From contig CANCQK010000001.1 in the NCBI GenBank assembly GCA_947380295.1, positions 210,144 through 274,143 on the forward strand: 64,000 nt of DNA. Reading direction: 5' to 3'. The first letter of the stretch is position 1. Every line of letters starts with the position of its first letter. Positions 9,770 to 19,997 of this stretch are shown piece by piece. Origin of the DNA: Bdellovibrionales bacterium (lineage in GTDB: Bacteria > Bdellovibrionota > UBA1018). The notes under the pieces were generated by a model. It was not told where the DNA came from. It did not search any database and worked only from the letters and a program-made list of their open reading frames with translations. The position numbers and the translations under genes are program-made.

Positions 9770-10687
9770 TCACAAGAAAAGTTCCGAAAGGGTGGTATGG
9801 ATTGAAGCGCTGTCGAGGTGACTGAGCTTTTGGTGGTAGGATTGACTTCCGTAGAGGCCATTGGGATACCCCTGAGCACATAGATTGCGAGTCTTAGCAT
9901 GAACTCCATTTTTCATGAGCAACAGTGCAAGGTGCTCGGCAAGTCCACCTCTTTGAACGTGCTCTTCAACAATCAGGAGGCGGCCAGTTCTTTTGACTTC
10001 ATCCACAAACTCTGAGGTGAGCTGAGCTAAAGGTAACTCTGAAACTCCGTAGACAGATGAGTGAGGTACGCCTTCTTGTGAGCGACGTTCGAGTTCTGCC
10101 TTTAAAACATTTTGAATCACAGGACCCAGGCCAAGTACGACGGCTTCGCCTCCTGATAAAATTTTTCTAAATCCACTCGGAGTGGGAGCTGGAATCGTAG
10201 GTGGCCAGGCTCCTGCTCCCAGTCTTAGGTACGAGGGCCCAGCGTAAGACATCATGGATTCAGCATTTGAAAAGAGATCTTCGTTGCAGAGAGGAACGAA
10301 ACACTTCATATTCGGCAGGCTCGATAAACAAGCAAGATCCTCAAGTGCGTGATGGGTTGCACCCATCACCCCGTACCCGTACCCGCCTCCATTACCGATA
10401 ATTTTGACATTCATGTTGTGAATGCAAACATCCAGGCGAATCTGCTCTAGTGGTCTAAAAACAGCAAACGGCGCGATACTATAGCAGATCGGAAGAAGGC
10501 CTTGCGATGCAAGTCCAGCTGCAAGTCCAATCATGTTTTGTTCACTCACGCCGACATTGACGAACCGCTTTCCTGCGGCTTTTGCCACACCCTCAAAGGC
10601 TTGGAAGCCCAGGTCGCCCGTTAAGAAAACGATCTGAGGATTTTCTGAGACTTTTTGTTCTAGCCACTGAGAAAATTCTTTACGCAT
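9770..10687 (-). CDS. Transketolase, C-terminal (pyrimidine-binding) subunit of a split two-gene transketolase
   Basis: 305 aa with transketolase Pyr/C-terminal domain patterns (GPSY, IGNGGGYGYGVMGATHH-like region). Its start overlaps the stop of the upstream subunit gene. Confidence 0.8.
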   Translation of the reverse strand: MRKEFSQWLEQKVSENPQIVFLTGDLGFQAFEGVAKAAGKRFVNVGVSEQNMIGLAAGLASQGLLPICYSIAPFAVFRPLEQIRLDVCIHNMNVKIIGNGGGYGYGVMGATHHALEDLACLSSLPNMKCFVPLCNEDLFSNAESMMSYAGPSYLRLGAGAWPPTIPAPTPSGFRKILSGGEAVVLGLGPVIQNVLKAELERRSQEGVPHSSVYGVSELPLAQLTSEFVDEVKRTGRLLIVEEHVQRGGLAEHLALLLMKNGVHAKTRNLCAQGYPNGLYGSQSYHQKLSHLDSASIHTTLSELFL

Positions 10688-11525
10688 CGCGCCCTCGGAT
10701 TTCTTTGAGAGCTGCTTCGTATTGCTGATCGTTCATGGGAAGGTAGTGCCACTGGAATTGATTTTCCATAAACGATACCCCCGCGCCTTTACACGTGCGG
10801 GCAATTAAACAGATGGGCTTGTTGCTGGAGCGTTCTTGAATCTGTAGGAATGCGTCAGCAATTTGTTGAAAATCATTTCCGTCTTGAATCACACAGGTTT
10901 CAAAATTAAAAGACTTCCACTTATCTTCAAAAGGTTCGAGGTCCAAAATATCATGTGTTGACCCGAGACCTTGGAGACCGTTCGCATCGACGATGACTAC
11001 TAAATTTTGAAGGCGATGGTGTCCGGCAAAAAGGGCTGCTTCCCAAGTTGACCCCTCATTACATTCCCCGTCCGAGAGGACGCAGAAAATCTTTTTTTCG
11101 CCAAGCGTTGGTTGAGACGACGAGCCAAATCGCTGGGCAAATGCCATTCCTGTGGCTAAGGAAAGCCCATGCCCTAAGCTGCCTGTGCCAAACGGAATGG
11201 CTGGTATTTTTCCGCTGCAAGGGGGGTGGGCAGCCAACTTGGTGCCATCTTTGTAAAAGGTGTCCAGATCTTCGTTCAGTAGGCCAAATTGAGACAAAGT
11301 GACATAGAGGGCCCCAGCAGCATGACCTTTGGAGAGCACGAGCTGGTCTCCTCGGCTTGAATCGATCTCTTTGCTGTAGAGGTAGAGGAGAATGTCAAGG
11401 CAGGACAAAGAGGATCCAATGTGACCCGCATTGGCCTTTTTATAAAGAGCCAAAAGGAGCTCAGTTGACCCACGTTTGAGCAGTTTAAAGTCTTGTTCTG
11501 TATGAACGGTTCGAACCTGATTCAT
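10680..11525 (-). CDS. Transketolase, N-terminal (thiamine-diphosphate-binding) subunit of the split transketolase
   Basis: 281 aa. GHIGSSLS and LSKGHAAGALY motifs, plus a GDG...NEGS ThDP-binding region. Confidence 0.8.
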   Translation of the reverse strand: MNQVRTVHTEQDFKLLKRGSTELLLALYKKANAGHIGSSLSCLDILLYLYSKEIDSSRGDQLVLSKGHAAGALYVTLSQFGLLNEDLDTFYKDGTKLAAHPPCSGKIPAIPFGTGSLGHGLSLATGMAFAQRFGSSSQPTLGEKKIFCVLSDGECNEGSTWEAALFAGHHRLQNLVVIVDANGLQGLGSTHDILDLEPFEDKWKSFNFETCVIQDGNDFQQIADAFLQIQERSSNKPICLIARTCKGAGVSFMENQFQWHYLPMNDQQYEAALKEIRGRDA

Positions 11526-11722
11526 AGTCTTTATTTCGATTTACCTAGAGTTAGAAATGTATGCTTCTTAGAAAAGTTATCTTGCTCCGACCGGGGTTTT
11601 GTCAAGAACTACTTGTCTGGCGTGCGTCTAAGCGGGCAGGTTCAGTTGACATAATGTAAAAGGCTACATAATGTTTGTGCTTAATCATCTTGTGAAAACA
11701 GTTTTGGTCTTCTGGCGCAGAA

Positions 11723-13453
11723 ATGGGAGAGTCAGTGCTTAATCGTGATGGACTTTGGAAAAAGGCGATTAGTGTGAGTGTTTTGATTGGGTTGAGCGCA
11801 CTGTGTGCCTTGATCTGGTGCTTTGGCTTTGATTTAAATTGGATTGAGCGCCTTCGATATCCTCTTACCTTGTCTGGTGACGGGCTTTTTACGGTGGCTT
11901 TCATTCAATCGATGATTGACGGGGACTGGTTACCTTTCTTTGGGATCAAAAGTTCTCGTTTAGCAGCACCGTTTGGGTTTAATCTGGCTGACTTCCCCTC
12001 TACTGATGGGGTCTTTCACTTTTTGTTTTGGCTCGTATCCCGATTTTCGAAGGATCCGATGTGGGTTTTGGACTTTACTTATCTTCTGTCGTTCCCACTC
12101 TGCGCATTAACAATGTACTGGCTGCTTCGTTGGAATTCTGTTAGCCGATTTTTGAGTGTTTTTTTGTCTTTACTCTTTGCTCTACTTCCATTTCATTTCA
12201 CACGACATGATCACATTTACTATGCTCTTTATTTTAATGTTCCGCTTGCATGTGGATACTTAATTCAACTCTGGAAGCGCGCAAGCGACAAAAGTCGCCC
12301 TGTTTTTAGCTGGCAGGATGTGCTTTTTTTGTTTTTCTTTGCGGGCTGCGGATTCTATCAAAGTTACTTTCTGATTTTCTCGTTGTTTCTTATTTTTATC
12401 TGCTGGTTTGAGCGAGGCAAAAACTCATCCGAGAGACTGATTCAAGTTTGTGGGTTTCCGTTGGTCTGTTTACTGGCGTTTCTGATCATTCACCTATTAC
12501 CGACTTGGCTTTTTTGGTTTAAATTTGGCGGCAATACGGGACTATCGAGTCGACATTCTGGGGATGTTGAAAGGTATGCACTTAAGTTGATTAACTTATT
12601 TCTTCCTCCTAACGATTCTTTCATTCGGCCCTTGGGGTGGGCGAGTAGTCGATACACGAGCGGCACAGAGATTGTTGAAGGATTCAAGGAGACGATGGGA
12701 CTTTTCGGTTTTGGGGGTCTCACTGTACTGATGGTGAAGTTTTTGAGAGGGGGGCAGAATAAGTCTCAGGTGACCTATTTTTTAGGCTTGATGGTGATTG
12801 GAATGGTACTCTTCACCACGATTGGGGGCTTTGGAAGTATTGTTGCTAAGTTTGGATTCAGTAGATTTAGATCTCTGAACCGGATTAGTGTTTGGATCAT
12901 TTGTCTCACTTATCTTTTTATCGGTCTTCATCTTGAGGAATTTTTAAGGAGGGGAAGAAGCTGGCGCACCCGCGTCTGTCTCAGTCTCCTCTTGGCTTTT
13001 GCGCTTCTTGAGTTGGCCCCAAGTCAGGGTAGATTTTCATCGCTTGCTGGTTTATCCAGTTTCACAAGTGATCAGGATTTTTTTGCCGCGGTCGAATCTA
13101 AGTTGCCTCGTGGGGCGAGCGTGCTTCAGCTCCCATTCGCACCATTTCCTGAAATTGGTCCGATTTATGGGATGTCAGACTATGAGCATCTCAGGGGCAT
13201 CGTATTTACGAAGGAGTTGAAATTTTCCTACGGTGTTTTTAAGGGGCGTCCTGAGCTTGATCAGATTCGTAGTCTGAGCGAGCCTTTGCTGAATATAGAA
13301 AAAGTCAAAGCGTTAGGTTTTAGTGCAATTTATATTGATGTAGCCGGGTTTCCTGATGGCGCGTTTGAATTGACGACCCAGATGAGCATTTCCAACATTT
13401 TTCGTGAGAAAATTCAGAGTAAAGACCTCCGGCGTGTAGCCTTTATATTTTAG
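11723..13453 (+). CDS. Polytopic integral membrane protein of unknown function (possibly a GT-C-type glycosyltransferase)
   Basis: 576 aa, about 12 TM helices then a soluble C-terminal domain. Transcribed divergently from the transketolase operon. Confidence 0.45.
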   Translation: MGESVLNRDGLWKKAISVSVLIGLSALCALIWCFGFDLNWIERLRYPLTLSGDGLFTVAFIQSMIDGDWLPFFGIKSSRLAAPFGFNLADFPSTDGVFHFLFWLVSRFSKDPMWVLDFTYLLSFPLCALTMYWLLRWNSVSRFLSVFLSLLFALLPFHFTRHDHIYYALYFNVPLACGYLIQLWKRASDKSRPVFSWQDVLFLFFFAGCGFYQSYFLIFSLFLIFICWFERGKNSSERLIQVCGFPLVCLLAFLIIHLLPTWLFWFKFGGNTGLSSRHSGDVERYALKLINLFLPPNDSFIRPLGWASSRYTSGTEIVEGFKETMGLFGFGGLTVLMVKFLRGGQNKSQVTYFLGLMVIGMVLFTTIGGFGSIVAKFGFSRFRSLNRISVWIICLTYLFIGLHLEEFLRRGRSWRTRVCLSLLLAFALLELAPSQGRFSSLAGLSSFTSDQDFFAAVESKLPRGASVLQLPFAPFPEIGPIYGMSDYEHLRGIVFTKELKFSYGVFKGRPELDQIRSLSEPLLNIEKVKALGFSAIYIDVAGFPDGAFELTTQMSISNIFREKIQSKDLRRVAFIF

Positions 13454-13473
13454 ACGAGATTGCGGTGGTGCGC

Positions 13474-14367
13474 CTACCAGCCTGAGCTAAGTCCAGAAAA
13501 GTTGAGGAGCGACCGGAGGTACTGGCCGTAACCCGATTTTGCAAGGGGTGCAGCCAGCTGGGCGAGTTTCTCGTCAGTAATCCAACGTTGCCGCCACGCG
13601 ATTTCCTCGGGGCACGAAATTTTGAACCCCTGACGGTGTTCGATGGTTGCAATAAAGTGGGAAGCTTCGAGCATGGATTCGTGGGTCCCGGTATCGAGCC
13701 AAGCAAAACCCCTGCTGAGGATTTGTACTTGAAGTTTTCCAGCGTGGAGGTAATGGCGATTAACATCTGTGATTTCGTATTCGCCGCGGCTAGATGGCTT
13801 GATCTCTTTAGCGAATTGGACGACATCACTGTCATAAAAGTAAAGGCCTGTGACGGCGTAGCGGGACTTTGGATGTGTCGGTTTTTCTTCGAGGGACACC
13901 GCTTTGCCATTCTTATCAAATTCGACGACGCCGTATCGCTCTGGGTCTTTCACTGGATAGGCAAAGACACAGGCATTTGCGCCGTCATTATGAGCATTCG
14001 CAAGAATTGCCTTGAAGTTATGACCATAAAAAATATTATCCCCAAGAACGAGTGCACTCGGGGAGTTTCCTAAAAATTTTTCACCAATCACGAACGCCTG
14101 GGCAAGGCCGTTGGGTTCCGCTTGAACCGCATAACTGAGGGAAATTCCCCATTGACTACCATCGCCCAAAAGTTGTTCGAAACGGGGAGTGTCCAAAGGG
14201 GTTGAGATGATCAAAATATCACGAATCCCCGCGAGCATGAGAGTGCTGAGAGGGTAGTAGATCATCGGTTTATCGTAAACTGGAAGCAATTGCTTCGAAA
14301 TGGCCAGCGTCGCTGGGTGTAGGCGGGTTCCAGAACCTCCTGCTAAAATAATGCCTTTGCGCTTCAT
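13474..14367 (-). CDS. rfbA: Glucose-1-phosphate thymidylyltransferase
   Basis: [20 protein letters not shown] signature. The start at 14367 forms an ATGA overlap with the rfbB stop. The track ORF extends 22 codons further upstream. Confidence 0.9.
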   Translation of the reverse strand: MKRKGIILAGGSGTRLHPATLAISKQLLPVYDKPMIYYPLSTLMLAGIRDILIISTPLDTPRFEQLLGDGSQWGISLSYAVQAEPNGLAQAFVIGEKFLGNSPSALVLGDNIFYGHNFKAILANAHNDGANACVFAYPVKDPERYGVVEFDKNGKAVSLEEKPTHPKSRYAVTGLYFYDSDVVQFAKEIKPSSRGEYEITDVNRHYLHAGKLQVQILSRGFAWLDTGTHESMLEASHFIATIEHRQGFKISCPEEIAWRQRWITDEKLAQLAAPLAKSGYGQYLRSLLNFSGLSSGW

Positions 14368-15428
14368 GATTGAGCCTCGTAGTGTTGGTTGATCCACTCG
14401 CGATAAGCACCGCTTTGGACATTTTTGACCCAATCGGGATGATCTAGATACCAGTGTACAGTCTTTCGTATTCCTGTCTCAAAAGTTTCTTTCGGTTTCC
14501 ACCCGAGGTCTCGTTCAATCTTACTTGCATCCATGGCATACCGTCGGTCGTGCCCTGGTCGGTCGGCAACATGGGTAATTTGTGCGGAGTAGCTGGTACC
14601 ATCACTCTTGGGCTTGAACTGATCTAAAAGAGAACAGATGGTCCGCACAATTTCTAGATTGGCTTTTTCGTTCCATCCGCCAATATTATAGGTTTCGCCA
14701 GGTTGCCCACTTTCAAGAACGCGACGGATGGCGGTGCAGTGATCATTTACGAAGAGCCAGTCTCTGATTTGCTGGCCATCGCCGTAGATCGGGAGTGGTT
14801 TGCCGGCGAGAGCATTGACAATCATCAAGGGGATGAGCTTTTCAGGGAAATGAAATGGGCCGTAATTATTGCTACAGTTGGTCGTGAGCACTGGCAGACC
14901 GAACGTGTGGTGCCAGGCCCGGACGAGATGATCGCTGGCTGCCTTGCTCGCGCTATAGGGGCTGTTAGGCTGGTAGGCAGTGGTTTCAGTGAAGGGTGGA
15001 TCAGTTTTGGAAAGCGTGCCGAAGACCTCATCCGTGCTGACGTGCAAAAATCGGAACTGAGACCGTTCTTCCTGCCCAAGAGAGCGCCAAAACGCGCAGG
15101 CTGACTCTAATAATCGGAACGTGCCGACAATGTTGGTTTGAATGAAATCTTCAGGACCATGAATGGACCGATCCACATGACTTTCTGCCGCAAAGTGTAG
15201 AATTGCACGAGGTCGGTATTGGCTCAAAAGTTGGCTGACCAGCTCTCGATTTCCCAGGTCCCCTTGGATAAAAATGTGTCTTGAGTCGTTCCGGAGCGAG
15301 GCAAGGTTTTCTAGGTTGCCTGCATAGGTGAGCTGATCGAGATTAACAATGGGTTCACTGGAGTTCTCCAGCCAATCCAATACAAAGTTGCTTCCAATAA
15401 ATCCCGCTCCACCCGTAACAAGCAGCAT
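14364..15428 (-). CDS. rfbB: dTDP-glucose 4,6-dehydratase
   Basis: [15 protein letters not shown]ossmann motif and a YSASKAASD catalytic motif. Start at the internal Met at 15428 is preferred; the track ORF starts at 15596. Confidence 0.9.
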   Translation of the reverse strand: MLLVTGGAGFIGSNFVLDWLENSSEPIVNLDQLTYAGNLENLASLRNDSRHIFIQGDLGNRELVSQLLSQYRPRAILHFAAESHVDRSIHGPEDFIQTNIVGTFRLLESACAFWRSLGQEERSQFRFLHVSTDEVFGTLSKTDPPFTETTAYQPNSPYSASKAASDHLVRAWHHTFGLPVLTTNCSNNYGPFHFPEKLIPLMIVNALAGKPLPIYGDGQQIRDWLFVNDHCTAIRRVLESGQPGETYNIGGWNEKANLEIVRTICSLLDQFKPKSDGTSYSAQITHVADRPGHDRRYAMDASKIERDLGWKPKETFETGIRKTVHWYLDHPDWVKNVQSGAYREWINQHYEAQS

Positions 15429-15462
15429 TTTCGCTCCTTTGGTCTGTTTTGTGCGAGGACGG

Positions 15463-15960
15463 TTAAGCTCCGCAGCACTTTTTGAATTTCTTACCACTCC
15501 CACAGCTGCAAGGGTCGTTGCGGCCCGTTTTAGGCTCTGGGCGACGGTAGGTACCCGTTTGGACGCCCTGTGCATCCAGAAATTTCCACTGGCCATTTTC
15601 CTTTTCGAAAAAGCTCTTTTCCAGGTGTTCTTCTTTTTTTCCGTCCTGGGAATAGTAGGCGCCGAAGATAATCGTGCCCTGGGTGTCGTCTTTTTGTCCT
15701 GCCTCAGCTTGAAAAATCTTCAAGCCGAGCCATTTTGAGTTTTTAGACCAGTCGTCAATCTCGTCTCGTTTCACTTCAGCGAGCGTTTTCGAGTGATGAG
15801 TAGACAGAATGTAGTCGACATCTCCCCGGGTGAACGCTGTATATCGAGAGCGGAGGAGTTGCTCGGCAGTTTGAGCAGTCCCGTTTCCCTTGATCAGGGG
15901 AAGACAGCAATTTTCAAGTTGAATACCAGAACCACAGGCGCATAGATTTGTTTCGGACAT
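15463..15960 (-). CDS. ychJ: YchJ-family protein (UPF0225, SEC-C metal-binding motif)
   Basis: N-terminal CACGSG and C-terminal [18 protein letters not shown]-like motifs. 165 aa. Confidence 0.65.
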   Translation of the reverse strand: MSETNLCACGSGIQLENCCLPLIKGNGTAQTAEQLLRSRYTAFTRGDVDYILSTHHSKTLAEVKRDEIDDWSKNSKWLGLKIFQAEAGQKDDTQGTIIFGAYYSQDGKKEEHLEKSFFEKENGQWKFLDAQGVQTGTYRRPEPKTGRNDPCSCGSGKKFKKCCGA

Positions 15961-15997
15961 GGAGGTATGGTATCCAAAATAATTCTGAAGAGGTCAA

Positions 15998-16330
15998 GTG
16001 TTTATGGAAGCTGAATACCGAAAGAGAATTCAAACCGTTTTGAGTCGTATTGAGAAAGCATTTACCGATGTGGATCCTGACGTTGCAGAGTGCGAGCAGT
16101 CCTTGGGGTCGCTCACGATTACCTTGGCAGATGGCTCTCGTTGCATTTTAAGTTCACAACCCTCGGTACAGCAGCTTTGGTTGGCTTTGGCCGCTCGCGG
16201 AACCGCATACCATTTTAATTTTGACTCGACCCGGCAGGCCTGGATGGATGATAAGGGTCAAAATATTGAGGTTTTGTCGTTTTTAACCTCCTATTTACAA
16301 GAGACAACTGGATTGAGGATCGAGCTATGA
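15998..16330 (+). CDS. cyaY: Frataxin-like iron-binding protein CyaY
   Basis: 110 aa. The pattern EYRKRIQTVLSRIEKAF...LTITLADGSRCILSSQPSVQQLWLA...YHF matches the CyaY/frataxin fold. Confidence 0.7.
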   Translation: MFMEAEYRKRIQTVLSRIEKAFTDVDPDVAECEQSLGSLTITLADGSRCILSSQPSVQQLWLALAARGTAYHFNFDSTRQAWMDDKGQNIEVLSFLTSYLQETTGLRIEL

Positions 16331-16590
16331 GTCCAACTGAGAAAGTCATCGTTTATACTATGAACTATTGCCCCTATTGCCTGCGAGCTAAACAGCTTCT
16401 GACTCAACGCGGGGTTTCCTACACGGAAGTCCTAGTGCAGGAAGAAGACGATGCTCAGTGGGATGCTCTCTATCAGCGCTCAGGAATGAGGACGATGCCC
16501 CAGATTTTTAACGGGGACCAACTCATTGGAGGCTATACTGAGCTCGCTGCCCAAGACCAGAAAGATCAGCTCAAATCACTCTTGGGATAG
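16327..16590 (+). CDS. grxC: Glutaredoxin (Grx3-type)
   Basis: CPYC active site, TMPQIF and GGYTEL motifs. 87 aa. ATGA overlap with cyaY. Confidence 0.85.
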   Translation: MSPTEKVIVYTMNYCPYCLRAKQLLTQRGVSYTEVLVQEEDDAQWDALYQRSGMRTMPQIFNGDQLIGGYTELAAQDQKDQLKSLLG

Positions 16591-17913
16591 CATTCGACCG
16601 ATAGAATAGTGCTGAAACCCCAGGTCTCTCAGCGAGCGGTGATTGTAGAGGTTTCTCCCATCAAAAATGAGGGGTGATCTCATGAGCTTTTTGATCCGTT
16701 GAAAATCGGGCTCGCGGTAAGGTTTCCATTCAGTGCAAACGCAAAGAGCATCGGCGCCATCCACTGCATCGTAGTTACTTTCTACAAATTGAATCTTGCC
16801 TTGGGTATCACTCAGTTCTGCTCGGGCAGTTTCTGTGGCCACGGGGTCGTGAGCAATGACCTCGACTCCTCGTTTCAGAAGCTGCTTGATGAGATAGAGG
16901 GCCGGAGCTTCTCGGATATCGTCGGTGCCTGGTTTAAAAGCAAGGCCCCAGATGGCAATCCGCTTAGAGCTGAGCTGATCGCCTAAGGCCTTTGTGATTT
17001 GATGTAAAAAGCGGCTTCTCTGGGTTTGATTGACGGACTCGACCGCTTTTAAAATGCTCAGAGGCTCTGCCAGAAGGTCTCCTGTTTTAATGAGGGCCTT
17101 CACATCCTTTGGAAAACACGAGCCACCGTATCCCAAGCCTGGGTAAATAAATTGAAATCCGATGCGTGGGTCAGAGCCAATTCCCTGTCTCACGGCTTCA
17201 ATGTCTGCTCCTGTTTTTTCACAGACCCGGGACAGTTCGTTCATAAAAGAAATTTTAGTGGCCAGCATGGCATTGGCCGCATACTTAGTCATCTCTGATG
17301 ACATGGGGTCCATGTACAGAATGGGATGACCGTTTCGAACAAAAGCTTCATAGAGGCTTGTCATCGCTTCTCGAGCACGAGGGGTGTCCACTCCAACTAC
17401 GACTCGACTTGGCCTGAGGCAGTCTTCGACTGCGGTACCTTCCTTGAGAAACTCAGGATTAGATACGACATCAAATTCGAGCTTTAAGTTTCGTGCAGAC
17501 AGTTGCTCTGAAATGACCTGTTTGACTTTCGCAAAGGTGCCGAGCGGGACGGTGGACTTATTGATGATCACCTTGGGGCCGGTCATCGCTTGGCCGATGG
17601 TTTTTGCGACTTCCAGGACATAGCGGAGGTCTGCCGATCCGTCCTCATCCGAGGGAGTGCCAACGGCAATAAAAAGGAGTTCCGATGCGTCGACCGCATG
17701 CTGGAGGTCCGTAGTAAATTGAAGGCGCTTGGCCTTTGCGTTGGATTCGATCAGTTCTTCCAATCCAGGCTCATAGATTGGAGAGACTCCCTGTTTTAGC
17801 TTTTCAATTTTTCGAGTATCGATATCAGCGCAGATGACGTCATTGCCCATTTCGGCGAAACAGGTTCCTGTGACTAATCCAACATATCCGGTACCAAAAA
17901 CGGAAATTTTCAC
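16576..17913 (-). CDS. ugd: UDP-glucose 6-dehydrogenase
   Basis: KISVFGTGYVGLVTG NAD-binding motif and GGSCFPKD catalytic Cys motif. A GTG start at 17913 is proposed; the track ORF extends to 18027 and would overlap the upstream gene by 58 nt. Confidence 0.85.
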   Translation of the reverse strand: MKISVFGTGYVGLVTGTCFAEMGNDVICADIDTRKIEKLKQGVSPIYEPGLEELIESNAKAKRLQFTTDLQHAVDASELLFIAVGTPSDEDGSADLRYVLEVAKTIGQAMTGPKVIINKSTVPLGTFAKVKQVISEQLSARNLKLEFDVVSNPEFLKEGTAVEDCLRPSRVVVGVDTPRAREAMTSLYEAFVRNGHPILYMDPMSSEMTKYAANAMLATKISFMNELSRVCEKTGADIEAVRQGIGSDPRIGFQFIYPGLGYGGSCFPKDVKALIKTGDLLAEPLSILKAVESVNQTQRSRFLHQITKALGDQLSSKRIAIWGLAFKPGTDDIREAPALYLIKQLLKRGVEVIAHDPVATETARAELSDTQGKIQFVESNYDAVDGADALCVCTEWKPYREPDFQRIKKLMRSPLIFDGRNLYNHRSLRDLGFQHYSIGRMLSQE

Positions 17914-17969
17914 GTGTTCCCTCGATTCTTCAATTGAATGCTTTCCGGTGAGGGTATGCGATTCGCTTT

Positions 17970-18929
17970 TTAGAGGCAAGCGCGCATTTTGATTAGGCCC
18001 TCCCGGAGCTGAATCTGGGGTGTCCATGGACTGAGTAAGCGTTTGGCGAGAGTTAAATCTGGTTTTCTTTGCTTTGGATCATCTTGTGGAAGCGGGAGGT
18101 GTTTGATTTCCAGCTTTCTGTCAGTGTAAATGGTCTGAAGCGTTTCGGCCAATTGGCTGATGGTAAATTCGTGATCATTTCCTAAGTTGATGGGGCGCGT
18201 AAGGTTGGACCGAGCGTATTTCACGATCCCTGAGATGAGATCATCCACGTAGCAGAAACTGCGAGTTTGGTCGCCAGAACCGTAGAGAGTCATCGGCTCA
18301 TGCTTCTCAGCTTGGAGGAGGAGATTGATGATGACTCTACCATCGGCCGGGTTCATTCGAGGTCCATAGGTATTGAAAATTCGAACGAGTCCATGCTGGG
18401 TTTGATGCTTTTGATTATGAGTGTAGATCAAGGCTTCGCCAAATCGCTTAGCCTCGTCGTAGCACGAGCGGACTCCAAAGCTGTTGACGTTTCCCCAGTA
18501 GGTTTCAGGTTGCGGGTTGACGGATGGATCGCCATAAACTTCACTCGTCGATGCGAAAATCACTCGTGCTCCAAAGCGATCTGCAGTTTTGAGGGCATGA
18601 CCCAGGCCGATTGAGTTTACGGCAAGGGTTTCCAACCCCAGTCTTTGGTAGTGCGGGGGCGAGGCAGGAGAGGCAAAGTGAAAAACAAAACTCAAAGGAG
18701 GTAGGCTCTCAAGGACGCCCACCCAGGAGTCCCACGTTTGGCTCACGTCTGCCTCAATCGCTTTGAGCCTGCCTTGACTGATTTCTGCTTTGAAATGCTC
18801 CAAGTTGGAGCGGGAACCCGTGCAAAAGTTATCGACGGCGACGACTGCGAAGCCCTCTTTTAGGAAATGCTCAACGAGGTGGGAGCCTAAAAAACCAAAT
18901 CCTCCTGTGACTAATACGGTCTTTTTCAT
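17970..18929 (-). CDS. UDP-glucuronate decarboxylase-like (UDP-xylose synthase / ArnA C-terminal-type) SDR enzyme
   Basis: MKKTVLVTGGFGFLGSHL followed by DNFCTGSRSNLEHF, as in the UXS family, and a YDEAKR catalytic motif. The start at 18929 gives an ATGA overlap with the galE stop. Confidence 0.75.
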   Translation of the reverse strand: MKKTVLVTGGFGFLGSHLVEHFLKEGFAVVAVDNFCTGSRSNLEHFKAEISQGRLKAIEADVSQTWDSWVGVLESLPPLSFVFHFASPASPPHYQRLGLETLAVNSIGLGHALKTADRFGARVIFASTSEVYGDPSVNPQPETYWGNVNSFGVRSCYDEAKRFGEALIYTHNQKHQTQHGLVRIFNTYGPRMNPADGRVIINLLLQAEKHEPMTLYGSGDQTRSFCYVDDLISGIVKYARSNLTRPINLGNDHEFTISQLAETLQTIYTDRKLEIKHLPLPQDDPKQRKPDLTLAKRLLSPWTPQIQLREGLIKMRACL

Positions 18930-19927
18930 GAATGAACCTTCTCCATTTCTTTCTCCCATTCATAGCTAGTGCGGCAGATCAGCTCCAGATTGTCGTAAAG
19001 CGGGACCCATCCGAGTTTGGATCTGATTTTTGCAGAGTTGGCGTAGATGGCAATCGTATCGCCGGGGCGTCGCGAAGTTTCTTCGACTTTGAAGTCAACG
19101 CCGCTGACTTTTTTCATACACTGGAGGACTTCCTTGACTGAGTACCCTTTACCGTAACCGCAGTTGAAAAGATCAGAAGAACCCCCCTGACGAAGGTAGT
19201 CTAGTGCTAGGAGGTGGGCGCTTGCCAAGTCATCGACGTGGATGTAGTCGCGGATACAAGTCCCATCGGGGGTTGGGTAATCTGTCCCGAATACCTTTAA
19301 AAGCGATCTTTTGCCTCGAGCGGCTTCTGCGGCAACCTTGATGAGTTGAGTAGCGCGAGGCGTGGCTTGGCCTAATCCCCCGCCTACCTTGGCACCCGCG
19401 ACGTTGAAGTAGCGCAAAATGACGTGAGTCATCGAATGCTTTCCAGTGAGGTGAGCAGCTCGCTCCATTTCGGCTAGGATTTGTTCGGTAAGAAGTTTGC
19501 TTCGTCCATACGGACTCTCTGGATTCGAGGGAACGTCTTCGTCCACTTGGGTCTGCTTGGGAGTTCCGTAGGCCGCACAAGTGGATGAGAAAATAAAGTG
19601 CTTTACCCCAACTCGCTGACAAACCTCGATCAGGTTGATCGTGTTTACTACGTTGTTTCGGTAGTATTTGAGGGGATCGCGAGTGGATTCTTCGACTTCC
19701 AGATGAGCTGCAAAATGGATCACCGAGTCGATTTGCTTTTCGCAAATGAGCTGCTCAGTGAGTTCCTGATCGCCCATATTGCCCACGACGAGTTCGACGC
19801 CCTGAGGAACCGCCCATCGAAAACCCGAATAAAGATTATCGAGGGCGATGACTTTTTCTCCCTTTTTGACGAGCTGATGGAGCGTATGCGACCCAATGTA
19901 ACCGGCTCCGCCTGTGACGAGAATCAT
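18926..19927 (-). CDS. galE: UDP-glucose 4-epimerase
   Basis: MILVTGGAGYIGSH, YGRSKL catalytic motif, DYIHVDDL. The track ORF starts 7 codons earlier, at 19948. Confidence 0.85.
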   Translation of the reverse strand: MILVTGGAGYIGSHTLHQLVKKGEKVIALDNLYSGFRWAVPQGVELVVGNMGDQELTEQLICEKQIDSVIHFAAHLEVEESTRDPLKYYRNNVVNTINLIEVCQRVGVKHFIFSSTCAAYGTPKQTQVDEDVPSNPESPYGRSKLLTEQILAEMERAAHLTGKHSMTHVILRYFNVAGAKVGGGLGQATPRATQLIKVAAEAARGKRSLLKVFGTDYPTPDGTCIRDYIHVDDLASAHLLALDYLRQGGSSDLFNCGYGKGYSVKEVLQCMKKVSGVDFKVEETSRRPGDTIAIYANSAKIRSKLGWVPLYDNLELICRTSYEWEKEMEKVHS

Positions 19928-19997
19928 AGTGAATGCCCTCCGGGCCAATAAAGAACCATATTGGCGTTGGATTGGCTAGCGGTATTTGGTCAGGCTC

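Noticed and set aside
13443-14073. ORFs 13443-13919(-) and 13588-14073(+) overlapping rfbA
   Set aside because: rfbA is strongly supported in another frame. These are frame artefacts.
19230-19745. 171-aa minus-strand ORF rich in Arg/Ser/Pro inside galE
   Set aside because: Antisense or alternate-frame artefact of a well-supported galE gene. Composition is typical of spurious ORFs.
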